DNA of 64,000 nucleotides from Microbotryum violaceum (Eukaryota): NCBI GenBank assembly GCA_001244265.2, contig CDLV01000013.1, positions 62,001 to 126,000 of the forward strand, read 5' to 3'. Shown piece by piece: positions 34,805 to 48,139 of this stretch (position 1 is its first letter; each line of letters starts with the position of its first letter). The notes under the pieces were generated by a model. It saw only the letters and a program-made list of their open reading frames with translations, ran no database searches and was not told where the DNA came from. The position numbers and the translations under genes were made by a program.

Positions 34805-35017
34805 CTCAGTTTGTATTTGTGTATTGGGATATCGCAAAGTTGAGTACGCTGGCTTTGATTAGGTACGGTTCTTCCACTGCTCCCTCAGAAGACTGAACTT
34901 TCGAGCTAAATAGCGATGCGTATCACGACACAGTATGGTCGCCATCTTCGTCAGCGTCGGCGTGCGGGGACTGAGCGTAGCCGATAACCTCAGGGGCGAT
35001 GTCTCGGAACGGTGGTC
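34805..35017 (+). pseudogene. Duplicated internal fragment of the AVT2-like gene marking the tandem-duplication junction
   Basis: Near copy of 32367-32585 including the intron GTACGGTTCTTCC...GACACAG. Confidence 0.9.
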
Positions 35018-35571
35018 ATTTATTATCAAGGCGTCCCCGGAGGGGGCGACTTCCGGGGGCGACGGAGTAATACCGTCTGATGGCAGCGTCAGCTAGTATA
35101 ATTAAGAGGGTGCCATGGATCGGGTATGCAGCACCGAGTTCGCGAGTCAGTTCGGTTCACATAAATGAGGCGTGTAAGTGTGCCAAACCTTTATAAAGAT
35201 TGCAGACAAGATGAGATCGAGCCAGAGCCGGGGTGTAAATGCATCAGTTGAGATCACTCGACATCGCCCATGTCACAGTCCGCATCTGGACGTCTAGACG
35301 CCGACAGTGAGATTGGTGATGTCGCCGAGTGATCTCAACTTATGCATTTACACCCCGGCTCTGGCTCGATCTCGTCTTGTCTGCAATCTTCATAAAGGTT
35401 TGGCACATATTACACGACTGGTTTATGCGCAAATTGAACTGCCTCGCTAATTGAGTGCTGCATGCCCGATCCATGGCACGTTCTTAGTACTACTAGCTCA
35501 CATTGTCAGTCTGTGTTACTCTGTAAGAGGTTCAGGGACCCATTGCCCCCTCCGGGAGCGCGTTAATAAAT
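35018..35571. repeat. ~550-bp foldback (long inverted repeat), MITE-like
   Basis: Palindrome centred near 35291; 35180-35260 pairs with 35326-35406 with about 3 mismatches; outer arms are more diverged. Confidence 0.9.
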
Positions 35572-35849
35572 TATTCATTACGATATCTCTATCGTCGACG
35601 GTCGCATTGGTCCTCCCCTCAACTTGAGTGCTCTCGTTCAGGGGAAAAGAGAAAAAATGGCCGGTGGGGAACGCCACAGGCTGCGATGCTTGCAAAGATA
35701 AAGTGAAGTAATCCACGATGAACATAGTACTGTCAGAATAGTATATGAAACTGGGAGGACCCGGAGAGGTCGAATCCTTGCAAGTGGTGATTGATGTTAG
35801 GGAGCAGCCGAAAGCTGGGTGAAACGTGGGCCTGCACTCCCGACTCGGA

Positions 35850-36487
35850 TCAGGCCGTGATGGTGAGTGCGACCGTTTGCGCGACCATATAGACCGAACT
35901 GTCCTCTGTGCAGGGCACAGATTGAAGGACCGCAAGCTATTGAGCCAACCCAAAACAAAGATTAGGTCACCTGAAGCCCCAACCCGGCATCGTTCGACAA
36001 CCCTCTTCAAAACACACCCCTCTCCGGAGTGATCGAACTTACTTTGGTTTGAACAGGACCCGACCTGTGGGAAATATTGTGAGGCTTGGGGACAAGGAAC
36101 TGTGCGGCGATGATGCTAGTGTTAACGTCGGTGGTAATATCGGTTGCGAACTAGACGGTGAACAGGTGGGGACGTTGATCAGTCGTGCGGCATCGATGAG
36201 CTCGAGAGAGCGAGGAAGGACCCGCTCGGAAGCACGTGGCTACGCTTGCCAGCTTGGATCGCCCTGGGAGGCCGCACCGTCAAGATATCGCTCCCGTCCG
36301 CATGCTGCAACTGGATCTGGTAGGCAACTTTAACGTTGGTTTGGTACTTGAAGGGAAGCAGATCGCCGACTTTGAAGGTTTGTCCATCCAAAGGGGAGAT
36401 AAGGTGGCTGCCGTACGTTGGCAGGGCCTGGATCTGGACGCTGAGAAGAGCGAGCGTGAGGGCGAAGGTGGGGAGCTTGAAGAGCAT
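35850..36487 (-). CDS. Small secreted protein, tandem paralog B (~134 aa, 3 exons)
   Basis: Signal peptide MLFKLPTFALTLALLSVQIQA; later exons FATDITTDVN...VQTK and LAVLQSVPCT...TITA*. Confidence 0.85.
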
Positions 36488-38576
36488 GGTCTTGATGGTA
36501 CTGTGTGGATATGGGTGGGAAAGGGTGTGTCTGTGAAGCTGTTAGAGAGCTGAAAGGCTTCCTTTGGAAGAGCCGGGGAGACTAAGCCCAGCTTGGGCAA
36601 ACGCTATTCTGGGATCTTTTTGAACGAAACGGCCGAGATACCCCGCGCGCGGGGCAATTGAAGCGAGATAGGAGCTCCCCAATCAGAAACCCGATCCACC
36701 AATAAGAATTTGAAGTTTTAAGAGGCAGTGAATGCGGTGCTAGTGACTTGCCTCCTGTGCGGCTGTGGGCAGGAGTGACGCACAATCGCATCTCGCGTCA
36801 ATCGGCGATCATAACTGAGCTCCATGCTCCGACGGCTCGCAGGCCCCCGGTCAGTGTCGCCGTTTCCCATCCATAGCTTTTCCCTCTCAACTTATGTCAA
36901 CTTATGCAACCCCGGGGGTGGGGTGCGTACAGTTTTTTCCAATGGTTGACAGTCCGATAGAGCCTACGTGAATGGCTTCAAACCCATCGCGATTAAGTTA
37001 CCATCGGCGAAAGACGGCCATACATATTTACTTCGTGCGCGCACCGCATGCACCGCATGCAACCTCAGGTGCGCGCAAGTTTTGGTCGCGCAATGGGCTG
37101 ATAATTTTCGGGGATTAGTGAAGGAAATCCTACGCCGCGAACAATACTGGTTCAACCAGTTGCGTATGAATCTGCGGAAGGAACTACTAATGCGAAACCA
37201 ACAGAAGAACGTACCACCGTCAAGCAACACTTCAATACCTTGTTCAAGAATCAAGAAGACCGACGAACCAACTGTGACGGATAAGGAGAGGATAAACACC
37301 GCAAGCTCCCGACACTTCCTCCACGCCGGATGGCTGGGAGAAACCAGCCGCAGCACTTCCGAAACACCGAGCGCTGTCTGTGGTGCTAGCAATTCTCGGT
37401 TAGTGAACAAGGACTGAGAGTGACAAGCAAGGTGTTGAATTTGTGGTCCCGGCATCGGAAAATGACACCGTCACTACGCCCCACTAGCAGTGTAGCACTC
37501 ACTGCGAATGGCGGGTCGCCGTCGGGCCTGCGAGCATAGACGCACAAGCTGAGTGCGCCGACTCAACACCCGGCGCATGGTCATGGACAAGTTGTCTGAT
37601 CGCCGTGAGGGGCGCTCGGCCTTCCCGTCAGGGTCTATTAGCATTGTTTGATCCCCGGCTCACAGATCCGCGCTCTCAGATGGAGCTCTCCTACCGGTTG
37701 TTTCAACAGCCCCGCGCGTATGCGGTACTTTGGCCATCTCGTCATTTCCATTGCAGGCTGGCCGCCTTCCCCCTCCCCCCCCCCTCCCTCTTCCCACCCT
37801 TTCCCCAAGAGGAGGCGTGGGCCCAAGCTCGGGATAAAAAACCCGCAACGACTTTCCCACGACGTTTGGGCATGGCGGTATCAGCTCGGTGAGAGCGAAA
37901 GTGCTTAGCGGCTACGCGGTGCTAGTCCCCCGCTGAATAGAGAGGAGAGATGGCTTGGGGGGGCCAGTTCCCGCTGAATCCGAGCCGTGCCCGAGTTTCA
38001 TCCCCGTCCTAGCCGCCGAAAAAAACACAACGCGAGGACCAGGTTCGTCATTAGGAGAAGTGGCTGCCGCACCTATCAACTACAGTAAAGAGCACCTCCC
38101 TGAAGTCGGCGCCTCTTACTAGACGGAGTGTGCGCTGCGTCTATTTTCTCACGAGGTGGAGCCATGTGGCTGTACGGATCTAGTTCCAAGCAGGCGAATA
38201 TGCAAGCTCGTAAACCGAAAGGGGCTATTCTTCGGTCGGTGAAAGCCGTGCTCCGGGGGCACTAGGAACCGTCGCTGACTAGTTTGTAGGGTGAAAGCTT
38301 TTATCCAGGCCGCACAAGCGGTCATGGGTCTTTGGCGCTGTTTCGGTGTTGCCAGTTGTGCCCTAAGCCGTGAGAACAGCACAGGAGGTTCGGCTTCGGT
38401 GGTGAAGGTGCGTAGCGCCATCCAGTTTCCTGCGCAATCCGCAGATTCGATAAAACCCAGCTGACTATGATGCTGCTTTTCTTCTTCTCCCGCCCATCAC
38501 CTCACTATCCTCACTATCCTTACTATCAACCCCGACGTAGACCGCTTTACTTTACTTCTCAGACTATCCACCTGCC

Positions 38577-39150
38577 ATGCGCTCTTCAATCATCGTCCTC
38601 TTCACCGCGATGGTCGGTCTCGTCGTCGCGGCCGCCGCCGCCGCGGGCGGAGACAGGTAATGCCCAAGTTGCCTCGGCCCCTGCGTGCGATCGGACAATC
38701 ACGACTGCGGCCGTGGCCGACATCGATCCCGCACTGCATCCTTGATGATGAGTTGATATGGCTAAGCCTATATATTTCTATTGAACCGAACAGCCATCAG
38801 CACCCTGGTCAAAGCCATACTCGCGGCAAGAAAGATGCCCAGGCTTCGAAGCAATGCAAGTACGTCAATTCTCAAAGAATTGAACGATCGTTCTCAGTCC
38901 GGCTTAGCCATTTGCGCTCAATCGGCCGGGCTAATATCTTCTTCTTCAATGCATTGGATAGGCAATGCATGGAAGACTGCAGTGCGGAGTACGTCACGGT
39001 CAATTGGAGCAGTCCTCGCGCGGCCTCTACGAACACGCTCGGAAACACGCTGATTAGCTTCGAGCCTTCACGCGCAGTAAGCTTCAAGTTGCGTGCAAGC
39101 AATGCCCCTTCTACTGCGGAAACCCCGTGGAGACGCTTCGCGTACTCTAA
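38577..39150 (+). CDS. 81-aa secreted Cys-rich protein, 4 exons
   Basis: Exons 38577-38656, 38794-38859, 38962-38988 and 39078-39150 give MRSSIIVLFTAMVGLVVAAAAAAGGDSHQHPGQSHTRGKKDAQASKQCKQCMEDCSADKLQVACKQCPFYCGNPVETLRVL*. Confidence 0.85.
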
Positions 39151-39633
39151 CCAAATACCGCAACAACCATGACACGGCACTGCAGTGGCTGATCTCTCTA
39201 TATCAACAATGCTTGTCACAAGTTCGCTTTCAACCGGCGCTCTTCCTTCCATTCCGATCGCGTTTTTTATTTTTTTTCGTGGGCCTCGCTGGGTAGCTCT
39301 CTTCTTTCTTCTCTCCGTCGTTCGTTTCTTTTTCTTCAGCGAGTCCTCATCAGTTTCTCAACGACTGTAGTGCCCCGGTCATCCGCATCGGTCCTCACGG
39401 TCAAGAGCGAGAGACGGTCCAGCTGCCGGAGCTGAGCAAGTAAACGAATGAGGAGACACTTTAAAAATTGCAGCACGTCGAAAACCTTGATGATGATAGA
39501 TCTACCTGAAAAGTACGCGCACCGATGCAGACTAAACTCCCTGACAATGGAGAAACTGAGTGAAATGTACGACCCAAAAGCGAAGAGAACGAAGAGGAAG
39601 AAGATGATCCTCAGCGTCTTGGAGCGGCCCTTT

Positions 39634-42600
39634 TCAGAACTGGAACCTGAACATCGGTGCTCTATCCGTAGGCTGCCCCGGCGTCGATGTCGAGGCGGAT
39701 GCCCCGAAGATGGGTGCCGTGGACGTGGATGTCGCCGACGTGGACGCTGTCGAGGTGGAGGTCGTACCCAGGGCCGTTGACGTCGTTGAGCCCAACCCAG
39801 CAGCCGTCGCAGCGGGGAGGTGAGGGTTAAACCTGAAGAAATCTGGTGGGAACCGCGTTGCAGTCGTCGTCGAGTTCGGAGCCCTGTTGCCATTCACGTT
39901 CCTAGGCATAGAAACGGGCGCAACGCGCAGGCCCGTACCGGTGGTTCCGACGCCGCTGACGGGGGTGAAGTTCCCTAGGGCAGGATTTTGCGGGGGCTGT
40001 CGGGGCGGGAACCCGCTCGTGTTCGTCGCCGTCCCAGTGCCTGTGACTGTGGCCGTGCCCGCGCCAGCACCCGTACCGTTGGCCGTCGTCGCCGCCGTCG
40101 CCGTCGCCGTCGTGGTCGTGGTCGGGGTCGTGGTCGGAGCATTCGTACGGGGACGTACTCGTCTCGCTCCTGCATCCGTCGTCGCACCAGCAGCGCCACC
40201 AGCGCCAGCAAGAGGCTGAGGCACCGCCGCCGCGACCGCAGCTCCACCAGGGGCTGCGTTCGCCACCGCCGGAGGTGCCGCACCCGCCGCTCCCCCACCA
40301 TTACGATTTGCATTCCCACCGATTCCGACTCCGAAACCAAATCCAAACGCCCCATTAGCTCCTCCCGCTCCAGCCCCCGCCCCAACACCCCTTCCCCTCG
40401 CCATCGTAGGCCCCATGGAGGACAGGTGCAAGCACACGTTTCGTTCCTTCAACTCGGCATCGAGCAAGTCCGTTTCGTCCGCGTCCCAATCAACATCGTC
40501 GTCGGTGACGCTGATGCACGTCAAACCCGGTGCGACTTGAGCTGAGAGGCCCTGGAGACCGTCCGCGTCGTTGCGAGAACGCGTGACCCTCTTCTTCAGA
40601 ATACGCGTTAATCGACCGGGTTGGATGGAAGAGCATTGTGACCATGCCAATACGCTCAGCGAAGGTGGGAATGAGAAGAACATGGGTGGCGAAGCGAGTC
40701 TTCCCGTCCAGGACAGATTTTTGAGGTTGCGCAAGTAAGGAACAATCGCGTCGAGCAAGAAGGGGTACTTGGCAATGCCGTTCACGACCTGCGCCGTCGG
40801 GCGACCATTGACGTAATCCTTGGGCCTCGGAGGCGGACCCTTGCCACTGGTTCGTCTCGGTTCGTCTCGGGTCAACAGGCTTGAATCTCTCGTATCGGCG
40901 ATCCAAGTCGATTCGACGTCGATGCTCAAATGGGTCAAGTTCACTCCGAACGTGAGTAAAGTAGACGCAAGACCTTGCGGCGTCACGCTGGCGAACGGAT
41001 GGACGATGTCGAGGATCTTGAGCGTGTCGGAGCTGTACTGGAGGATGTGCGACCACTCGGTCGCAGGGGCGAGCGGGTGCGTCAACTTGAGAGCTGTCAG
41101 GCCTCTGGGTTTGGGACCTTCGGGCAGGTGCCGCCCCAACTTTTCGCGGAGGGCTTCGACGTTGGTCGCCAAGTTCGCGGCGCGGCACGCCATCGACACT
41201 GCTGCGTGTTCCCTGAGGGCGTTCCCATGCGCAAGAGGCGAGATCAGCAACCGCACACACAATGCCCCGCTCACAGCACCTGACTATTACTCACTTGGCA
41301 TCCTCCATCCCAAAGTTCTGTCCCAACTCGGTCCACATACAATGCTCTTCATCAATTGTCCCATCCAACGACGGACGCAAGCCATGCACCGTCAGCTCCT
41401 CAAGCTCTCGCCACGCCGTGTTCATAAGATGACTGATACGAGGCGTTGTAAACAACATGGGCACGTCAGGATCATTGGATGAACTGAGGCTGACTTGCTT
41501 GAGCTCGTTCAAGCCTCGTAGAGCCTTGAGCAGCGGTCGACGAGCATGGGCAAGGAACGTCGGCGCGATCGTCAGTGACTGCAGCCGCGTGCACAATTTA
41601 AGGATATCGACGATGATTTGGCCGCCACCACGCCCGAGCGAGACGTCCCCTTTGGCGTTGAAGTGGATGTGACGCACGTAGGTGGCGAGGTAGTTCTTGG
41701 GTAATTCGTCGAAGTCCTCGACGGCGGTGCGGGCGGCGTGCTCCGGCGCTTGGAGCGAACGCAGCAAGAGCGAGCCATGCCAAGCACCCGTGATGGTGAT
41801 CTTGCAGTAGAGCTTGGCGCGAGAAGCGTGCAGGAACGTGCGGTTGACGAACAAGAGAGGTACAAGGGGGTCGAGGGGCAATCCGTTCGAGTAGGGACGA
41901 GGAGGGCCGTAGTACCTCGGATCCGAGTCGGTCACGTCACTATCGCTTCCATCGTTATCGTCATCGTCATATTCTTCATCGTCGTCATATTCGTCTTCAT
42001 CAAACTCATCATCGTCATCATCCTGATCATTGTCAAACTCGGAGTCGTAATCGTCCTCAGAGACGATCGGTTGATCCGACGGATCCGCATCATCGTCATA
42101 GCCCCGAGTAGGTCCCATCATTGAGGTAGGATCATCCAAGTTGATCCCCTCGTTCTCGAAACCAGGGAAAGCCAGCATTCGTTCGAAGAAGCAGCTCGGG
42201 CAAGTGCACGGCTCGTTCTCTTCATCGGTTTCCCATTCGCCCGACAAGGAATCACGGCTCAGCGAGTATGCGCGCGTAATGGTGATGTCGCCCGCATTAG
42301 CAGTGCCGCGGTTCGTATTCGTACTCGGCTGAGATCCGGAACGACTGCCAGCGGGTGCACGAGCAGTCGAGGACGAGGGGTTGGCGCTGGTTCTCGAAGT
42401 TGACATCGAGGCCGAGGTCGAAGGCGCCGCTGAGGCAGTAGTGCCTGTTCGATTCGATGCCGTCGCGTTGGCGTTCGCCTGCCTCGGAGTTGAAGGAATA
42501 GTCGAAGTTGAAGCAGCAGGAGCGTTCGATCGAGCCGGGTTGGTTGTTGCGGTCGATGCAGATGCAGATGCAGTAGTAGCGGCGGTAGTGGGGGTGGTGG

Positions 42601-43107
42601 TAGCATTCGTGGTGGTCGCTGGGGCAGCAGTAGCCGCGTTCGGTCCGGCACCAGGAGCAGCACCATTGGCGCCGAGAGGGTTATCGCCTGCACCAGTTCC
42701 GAGGAAGCCAGCGAGCATTCCAAAAAAGGCAGCTGGTGGGAGACATTTGACATCACGTCGCACGAAACAGGAGAGTGGTCAGCCCAGCCCAGTCGGAAAA
42801 GAGGAGACCCTATTCCCGCCGCCGTTGCATCCGCTGCTGTACGCTCCAACTCACCAGGCCCAGCATCAATCACATCGTCCAACGAAACGTCCGCCGGAAA
42901 GAGTCCCATACTGGACAACATGCCCAACCCACTCCTCTCCTGCGCAACGATCAAATCGACCTCGCCGACGATCTGACGCACGATCTCGGGGGGGAGACTG
43001 GAGAGCGTCTTCATGGACCTGGAGCGGGACTTTCTGAAACGACGTTGGTTGATCGTCGTGGGATGGGTGTCTGGGGAACTGGGTGGGCGTCGTGAAGAGG
43101 AGGCCAT
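39634..43107 (-). CDS. F-box-like / LRR-like protein with long low-complexity regions
   Basis: LSSLPPEIVRQIV, LLFVNRTFLHASRAKLY, and LxxL repeats (LCTRLQSLTI, LNELKQVSL, LRNLKNLSW); Ala/Thr/Gly-rich and Asp-rich tracts; 3' end tentative. Confidence 0.7.
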
Positions 43108-43749
43108 GATGGACGTGCGGGCGAGCGGGCGGGCGGGCGGGCGGGCGGGTCGACTGGGCGGGCGGGTCGAGCGGGACCGTCCGGGTGGGGGTGGGTGAGT
43201 GCGAAGATGCGACGCGACTGGCGATCAAGTGACTCTGATCGAGCGGCGTGTAGCGTGTGAAAGCACAGGCAAGAGTGTTCCACCTGCAACAGTTCCTTTC
43301 GTCAACAATCCGAGGCGAGTCAGGTGAGCACAGCACAGGGGGAGGAAGAGACAAGGACCGAGGAAAAAGGCTCAAACGGCAATTTACAGCGATCCGGCGA
43401 CGACGACGCGCTGGAGCGGCAGTCGCACGAGGGGGTTCGTGCCGGCTGGACCTCCCCTCATCACTTTCGACTTTTCAAGTGGCAGAAGGGACCTCCACTA
43501 CTATGAAGCTACAAGAGCCAGCACTCGGGATATCATATTGTAAAGAATGGCAAAGGTATCAATACAGAGAATTATCCACAAACAGGCTTTCCCCCCAAAA
43601 GATATCATATCAAGCTCATGTGAGGATTCATGCTCATGAGAGCAAGCCCGAGAATGAATCCGCCGGTTGGGCTTGGGACCATCTGTAGCACGGGTTCACC
43701 GACACATCAGCTACTGCTCCAACCACAAACACCGCGCACACGAAGGAAC

Positions 43750-46210
43750 TTACGACCAAAAGTTGCTCTCTTCGATCACCGACGAGATCGCCAACTCCAA
43801 CTCGGGATCGAACAACACATCATTCTGACCCCCGGGCGTGGAGCCGGACGACGAACTGTTCCCACTAAACCCCGTCGGCATCATCGGGTTCGGCATCGAA
43901 TCCATCACGAATGAAGGTGACAAATACTGCGACTCGAGGTGACTCAACGCGGACGCGACGGCCAGATGATAGTTCTGTCGGGGTGCTTCAGCCAACAACT
44001 TGGATGTCAATTTGATCGCGCCCAACGTCGTGGCCACGTCCTTGACGTCCCCTTCGGGATCGCGCTTGAATTCATCCGGCATCAACTTGATCATCTTGAG
44101 CAGGAACAAGGCCGCAGAACAACAGCTGATCAAGGTGAATTCGGTCGAGTAGCCCATTCGCCTCGAGCCGTATTTCTGCGCGACGAGTTGCACCTCGAAC
44201 GCGGCTTTGATCGCAGACTTGATGACGGGCATCTGGATCGGTTGCACCTCTTCGGGGGACGTAATGTCTCGCAGACCAAGCTAAACACAAACTCGATTCC
44301 CGTCAGATCCAGTACTTGACACCTACTAGTCCACCACGTTCGACTCACCGTATTGATATAAAACCTTCCCACCTCGCACTGCATCTTGAACGACGCAATC
44401 ATGTACTTCCAAGTACTCTGTTCCTGCAACTCGGCCCAGGCGGACCACGTGTCCATCCACGCATCAAAATGCTTGTCCGCACGTTGGATGATGTTGACCG
44501 TTTCCGCAATCGAGGTTTGTTGCGTCTTGACGAAGTTCTCTTGGACGCCTCCGAGGATGGTGACTAGTTCGGACTGGGCGATGATACGGGCGTCGACGGG
44601 TCGCAAGGCCTCGAACTTGAGCAGAGAGCGGGCAGAGGTGACGGAAAAATCGATCGTGACTAGCCCTCGTCGACCTGTGGCGATGCTGAGCCATAGGTCT
44701 TGGGCATACAGACTCAGCCATGTTCGGACCGTCGGCATCAGTTGCTCGAATGCCCTGTTCGCATCTGGTTTGTCCATCATCGAGAGCAGTCGTTCGAGCG
44801 AGCGAGGCAGATCCAATTGCGACGCGAGTGTGCACGAATGACCCGGCGGCGCTCCTCTGGATAGCCACGCACTTCCAAAATGCATACAGGGGTAAGATCA
44901 GTTTGGGCGTGCGCGTCAAGCTCTCTCTCATATACGCCCACTGACTTGTACAACAGCGTCCCCTTGAGATCATCCAAAGTTGGCGGGATGTCCGAATAAA
45001 CTGTCGCGCGCATGTACTTGAGCGCCTGCTGTTCGCATTGGTGGGACCAAGCTGCATTCGAATGGAATCTCGTCGCAATAGACAGAATACAGTAGAGCAA
45101 CAGAGGCGAACGGGCTCGAACAGCGTCGTAGGTGTCGATCGTCGGGTCGATGTAAGGTGCCCATGGAGCCATGTGCGTCCAGAAGGTATCGAACGCAGAA
45201 CGGGAGAGTCGATCAAGCATGGGATCATCTATTGATAACTCAGCGGCGACGTGACCCGAACCGCCTGCACCGGCCGAGATAATTGAAGCTGGAAGGGCGT
45301 TCGAGGCCGAGGGGAACGATGGGAACCCAGGTTCGAACGAGACGCGGTTGGCATCGGCTTGATGATGCTGCTGCTGGTGGCTTGGGTTGCCGCGCTCCTT
45401 CTCTTTACCCTTGTGATCGAAATCAGTACGTCGAGAAGGTCCGGCATGGGACAGTTGCTGCTGCGCCTGTCCGTTCGAGTGGTCCGGCGCCGAGGTAGAA
45501 GTCGCCTTGACCAGCAAGGCGGCATGTTCCTGAATTGTTCGTTGCAACACAGCCAGTTCCTGTTCGACCTGCAGTAGTCGTCGTTCGGTCGACCAGATCG
45601 GCGCCGCGCCAATACTGCGAATTGGGCGAGGAACGTAGCGCGCGTCAAAGGAAGCACGCGAAGGTCAAGTCACGTGGGCGAGCTAGCTCTTCGCTCCTGG
45701 TGAGACTCACTCTTGGTCCGACGATGTCGCAGCGGTGACGAGACGAGTCCCGAGTTCTTCCCGGGGCACACCATCAAAGATACACTCGTGGCATGACTCC
45801 CTACATCGTCGACAAGGCCACAGTTCGGGTCCATCGCAACGAGCTGCACCACCCCGCACAAACACAGGACAGAAGGGAGGCCACCGCCACGCGGAGAAAT
45901 GCATATGTCAACCGTCAGCGCGTCAGCGCCTCCGCAAGTTGGCTTAACATGCCGGACCCGTGAGTGCGCTAAGGTGATGCACACATGCACGCGGCACAGG
46001 CACAACGTCCAGCACAGAAGTATTGACGGGCTCACCTTTTGCTCTTCGACAGGCGACACACGCTTTGGCCGACCTCCGGATGGGAAGCTTGCGGTCGCGA
46101 TGGTTCGCATGATACGGTTGCCCAGCTGCGCCTGCAGAAGCAGAGGCGGTCACAGACGCGGCGGGCGACCCACTCCTCGACGACCTCGACACGGAAGGTG
46201 ACGCCGGCAT
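43750..46210 (-). CDS. Zn(II)2Cys6 fungal transcription factor
   Basis: RSAKACVACRRAK followed by an intron; downstream homology-region motifs RSPLLLYCILSIATRF and RTWLSLYAQDLWLSIATGR. Confidence 0.85.
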
Positions 46211-48139
46211 GCTACGACAATGCCGACGAATCGGCAGGATATCGACGCCTACAGGATGGTCCAGTCGAGAATGGGTTGGGTGGTATGTCGCAATCGACGG
46301 CGGAGAACGAAGCCGTCGCTTACAAGTGGATGTAAGCAAGCGCATGAGTACAAGCAGGGGCAAGCAAGCACGGACCGGGGCCGTGGTGAGGTGGGAGCAA
46401 CGCTAGAGAACGCTAGCGCCTGCAGGTCGACAAGGGGCGTCGGCGCCAAACCCCGTCGCGCAGGCTTCGAAATCAGCCGAGACACCCCCCTTTCATCGTG
46501 CAGCTCTACTTCCGACATTCACCGAATCAATTAAAGCCATATAAACTATCGTACAAGACTTTCGTGAAGAAGAAAGCAACTCTGTACCGCTCTAAGCTCG
46601 GAGAAACAGAGACTCTCCTGGTGAGGTCTCGGCCGGAGCGGGCCTATAACTAGCCTCTGAGTAGCTAGAATATCGAATTCTAGTTACGACTTGCTTTCAG
46701 GCTAGCGTTCAAGAACGACGGATTTCCATGGTGCGTATCAGAAGCGCATACCTTACACGGGCCCCCGCAGAAGACATGAGTAGCTGGGGATTGTCGGAGG
46801 AGTCAGCCTCCTATCGAGCGCATTCATCACTTTCGGCCAATGATATCACGGTTCAAGCGCGGGATGGCGCCGGCAACAATGCATTGATACGCTGTAAGAC
46901 TCAACAGGGTCGTGCCGTATCACACTTTTGGCCGATGTGGTCTTGTTCTTCGAACATCACTTTTACTGCCTAGGAAATACAGGTACAGCCGGTCGCTATC
47001 CCGCCAAGACGGCCGAGAGAACTAAGCCCTCCTAAAAATTGGTTCCTGAGCCAGCTATCGCCGCAACTACAATGTGCGTCAAGGAAACCGTCGTGGGCTG
47101 TAGATTTGCCGGCACAGGCCGAAAAGCCTCGGCGTCGAAAACCGCCGAGCAGCGGTGCCTCGGTAAGATCCCATTTCAACGACGCGATATCGTGTTTGCC
47201 TTTAGGTGGCAAGTGCTGCACCCATTATTGCGAACATTTATAGTAGCTTTCTTGGGTCGAAACGCAATACGTTCTTGGCCGGCCCTTTGGCCTGAAAGCG
47301 GAGGACACTAGTCCTCACCAACTGTGCGATGGCGAAAAGCTCGAACCCTATCGGCATTCCTCCGAGTTCATCCCGAGATGCACCAGCGCTCGGAACACCC
47401 GACCGCGGACCGCGATCCGCGCCCGCGCCAAGGATGAGACGACTCCGCTCCGGTGGACAGGGGTCGTCTCCACCCCGTGATTGAACATTCGCATCGCCGA
47501 TCCCGCCGTCGCTCCTACGAGCCATGCCCAAACATTCCTCGATCTCGGAGATTCTACTCGAACCAGGGTTGGAATCGAGACACCACTTCGTTCTCTCTTC
47601 AAAATTGTGAAAGCAGAAAAAACATCATGACATTCCCGACCAAGAAGACGCTCCGCATTAATAAGACTGGGGGCGGCGCGGCAGCGCCCAGGATCGTCGA
47701 CGCCTGCGCGCGCTCACACGCCGATTCAGGCAGGCGCAGGGCTCAATCGGGCAAGCGGGGGGTCCTTGGTGCGCGCACCCGCGCCGGCTTTCAAAGAATC
47801 GCTGATCCACTTCTTCGCAAACCACTCATTTCCAAGCCTTTTGGGTGTGATTGTGACTCGTCGCGTCACTGCGTCCTCCTGCTTTCTGCCACACCCTCGT
47901 TCCCTGGATCCAACGTCTGCGACACGTTCCTTCCCACACTCGTTCAAACGCGTACACTCCTGCCCCGTCGGTCGACTCGACCCCGCATCCCGCTCCTTCC
48001 GAGGATCAGAGGATCCGAGTGCGTCTTGTCTCACGATCTCCCGCGCCCGCTAGTGGTGAGACATTCCCACTCGAGCCAAACGAGCTTTACCCAAGCCCGA
48101 CCACTCGAACGGCGCACCACCCCCTCCCGCCACCCCAAC

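Noticed and set aside
36964..37455. Overlapping 149-aa and 163-aa ORFs with a CxxC
   Set aside because: No recognisable domain, start context or splice support on either strand.
39887..43037. Long plus-strand ORFs antisense to the F-box-like gene, and similar ones over FAB1, SMC3 and the retroelements
   Set aside because: Shadow ORFs expected from GC-rich codon usage on the coding strand.
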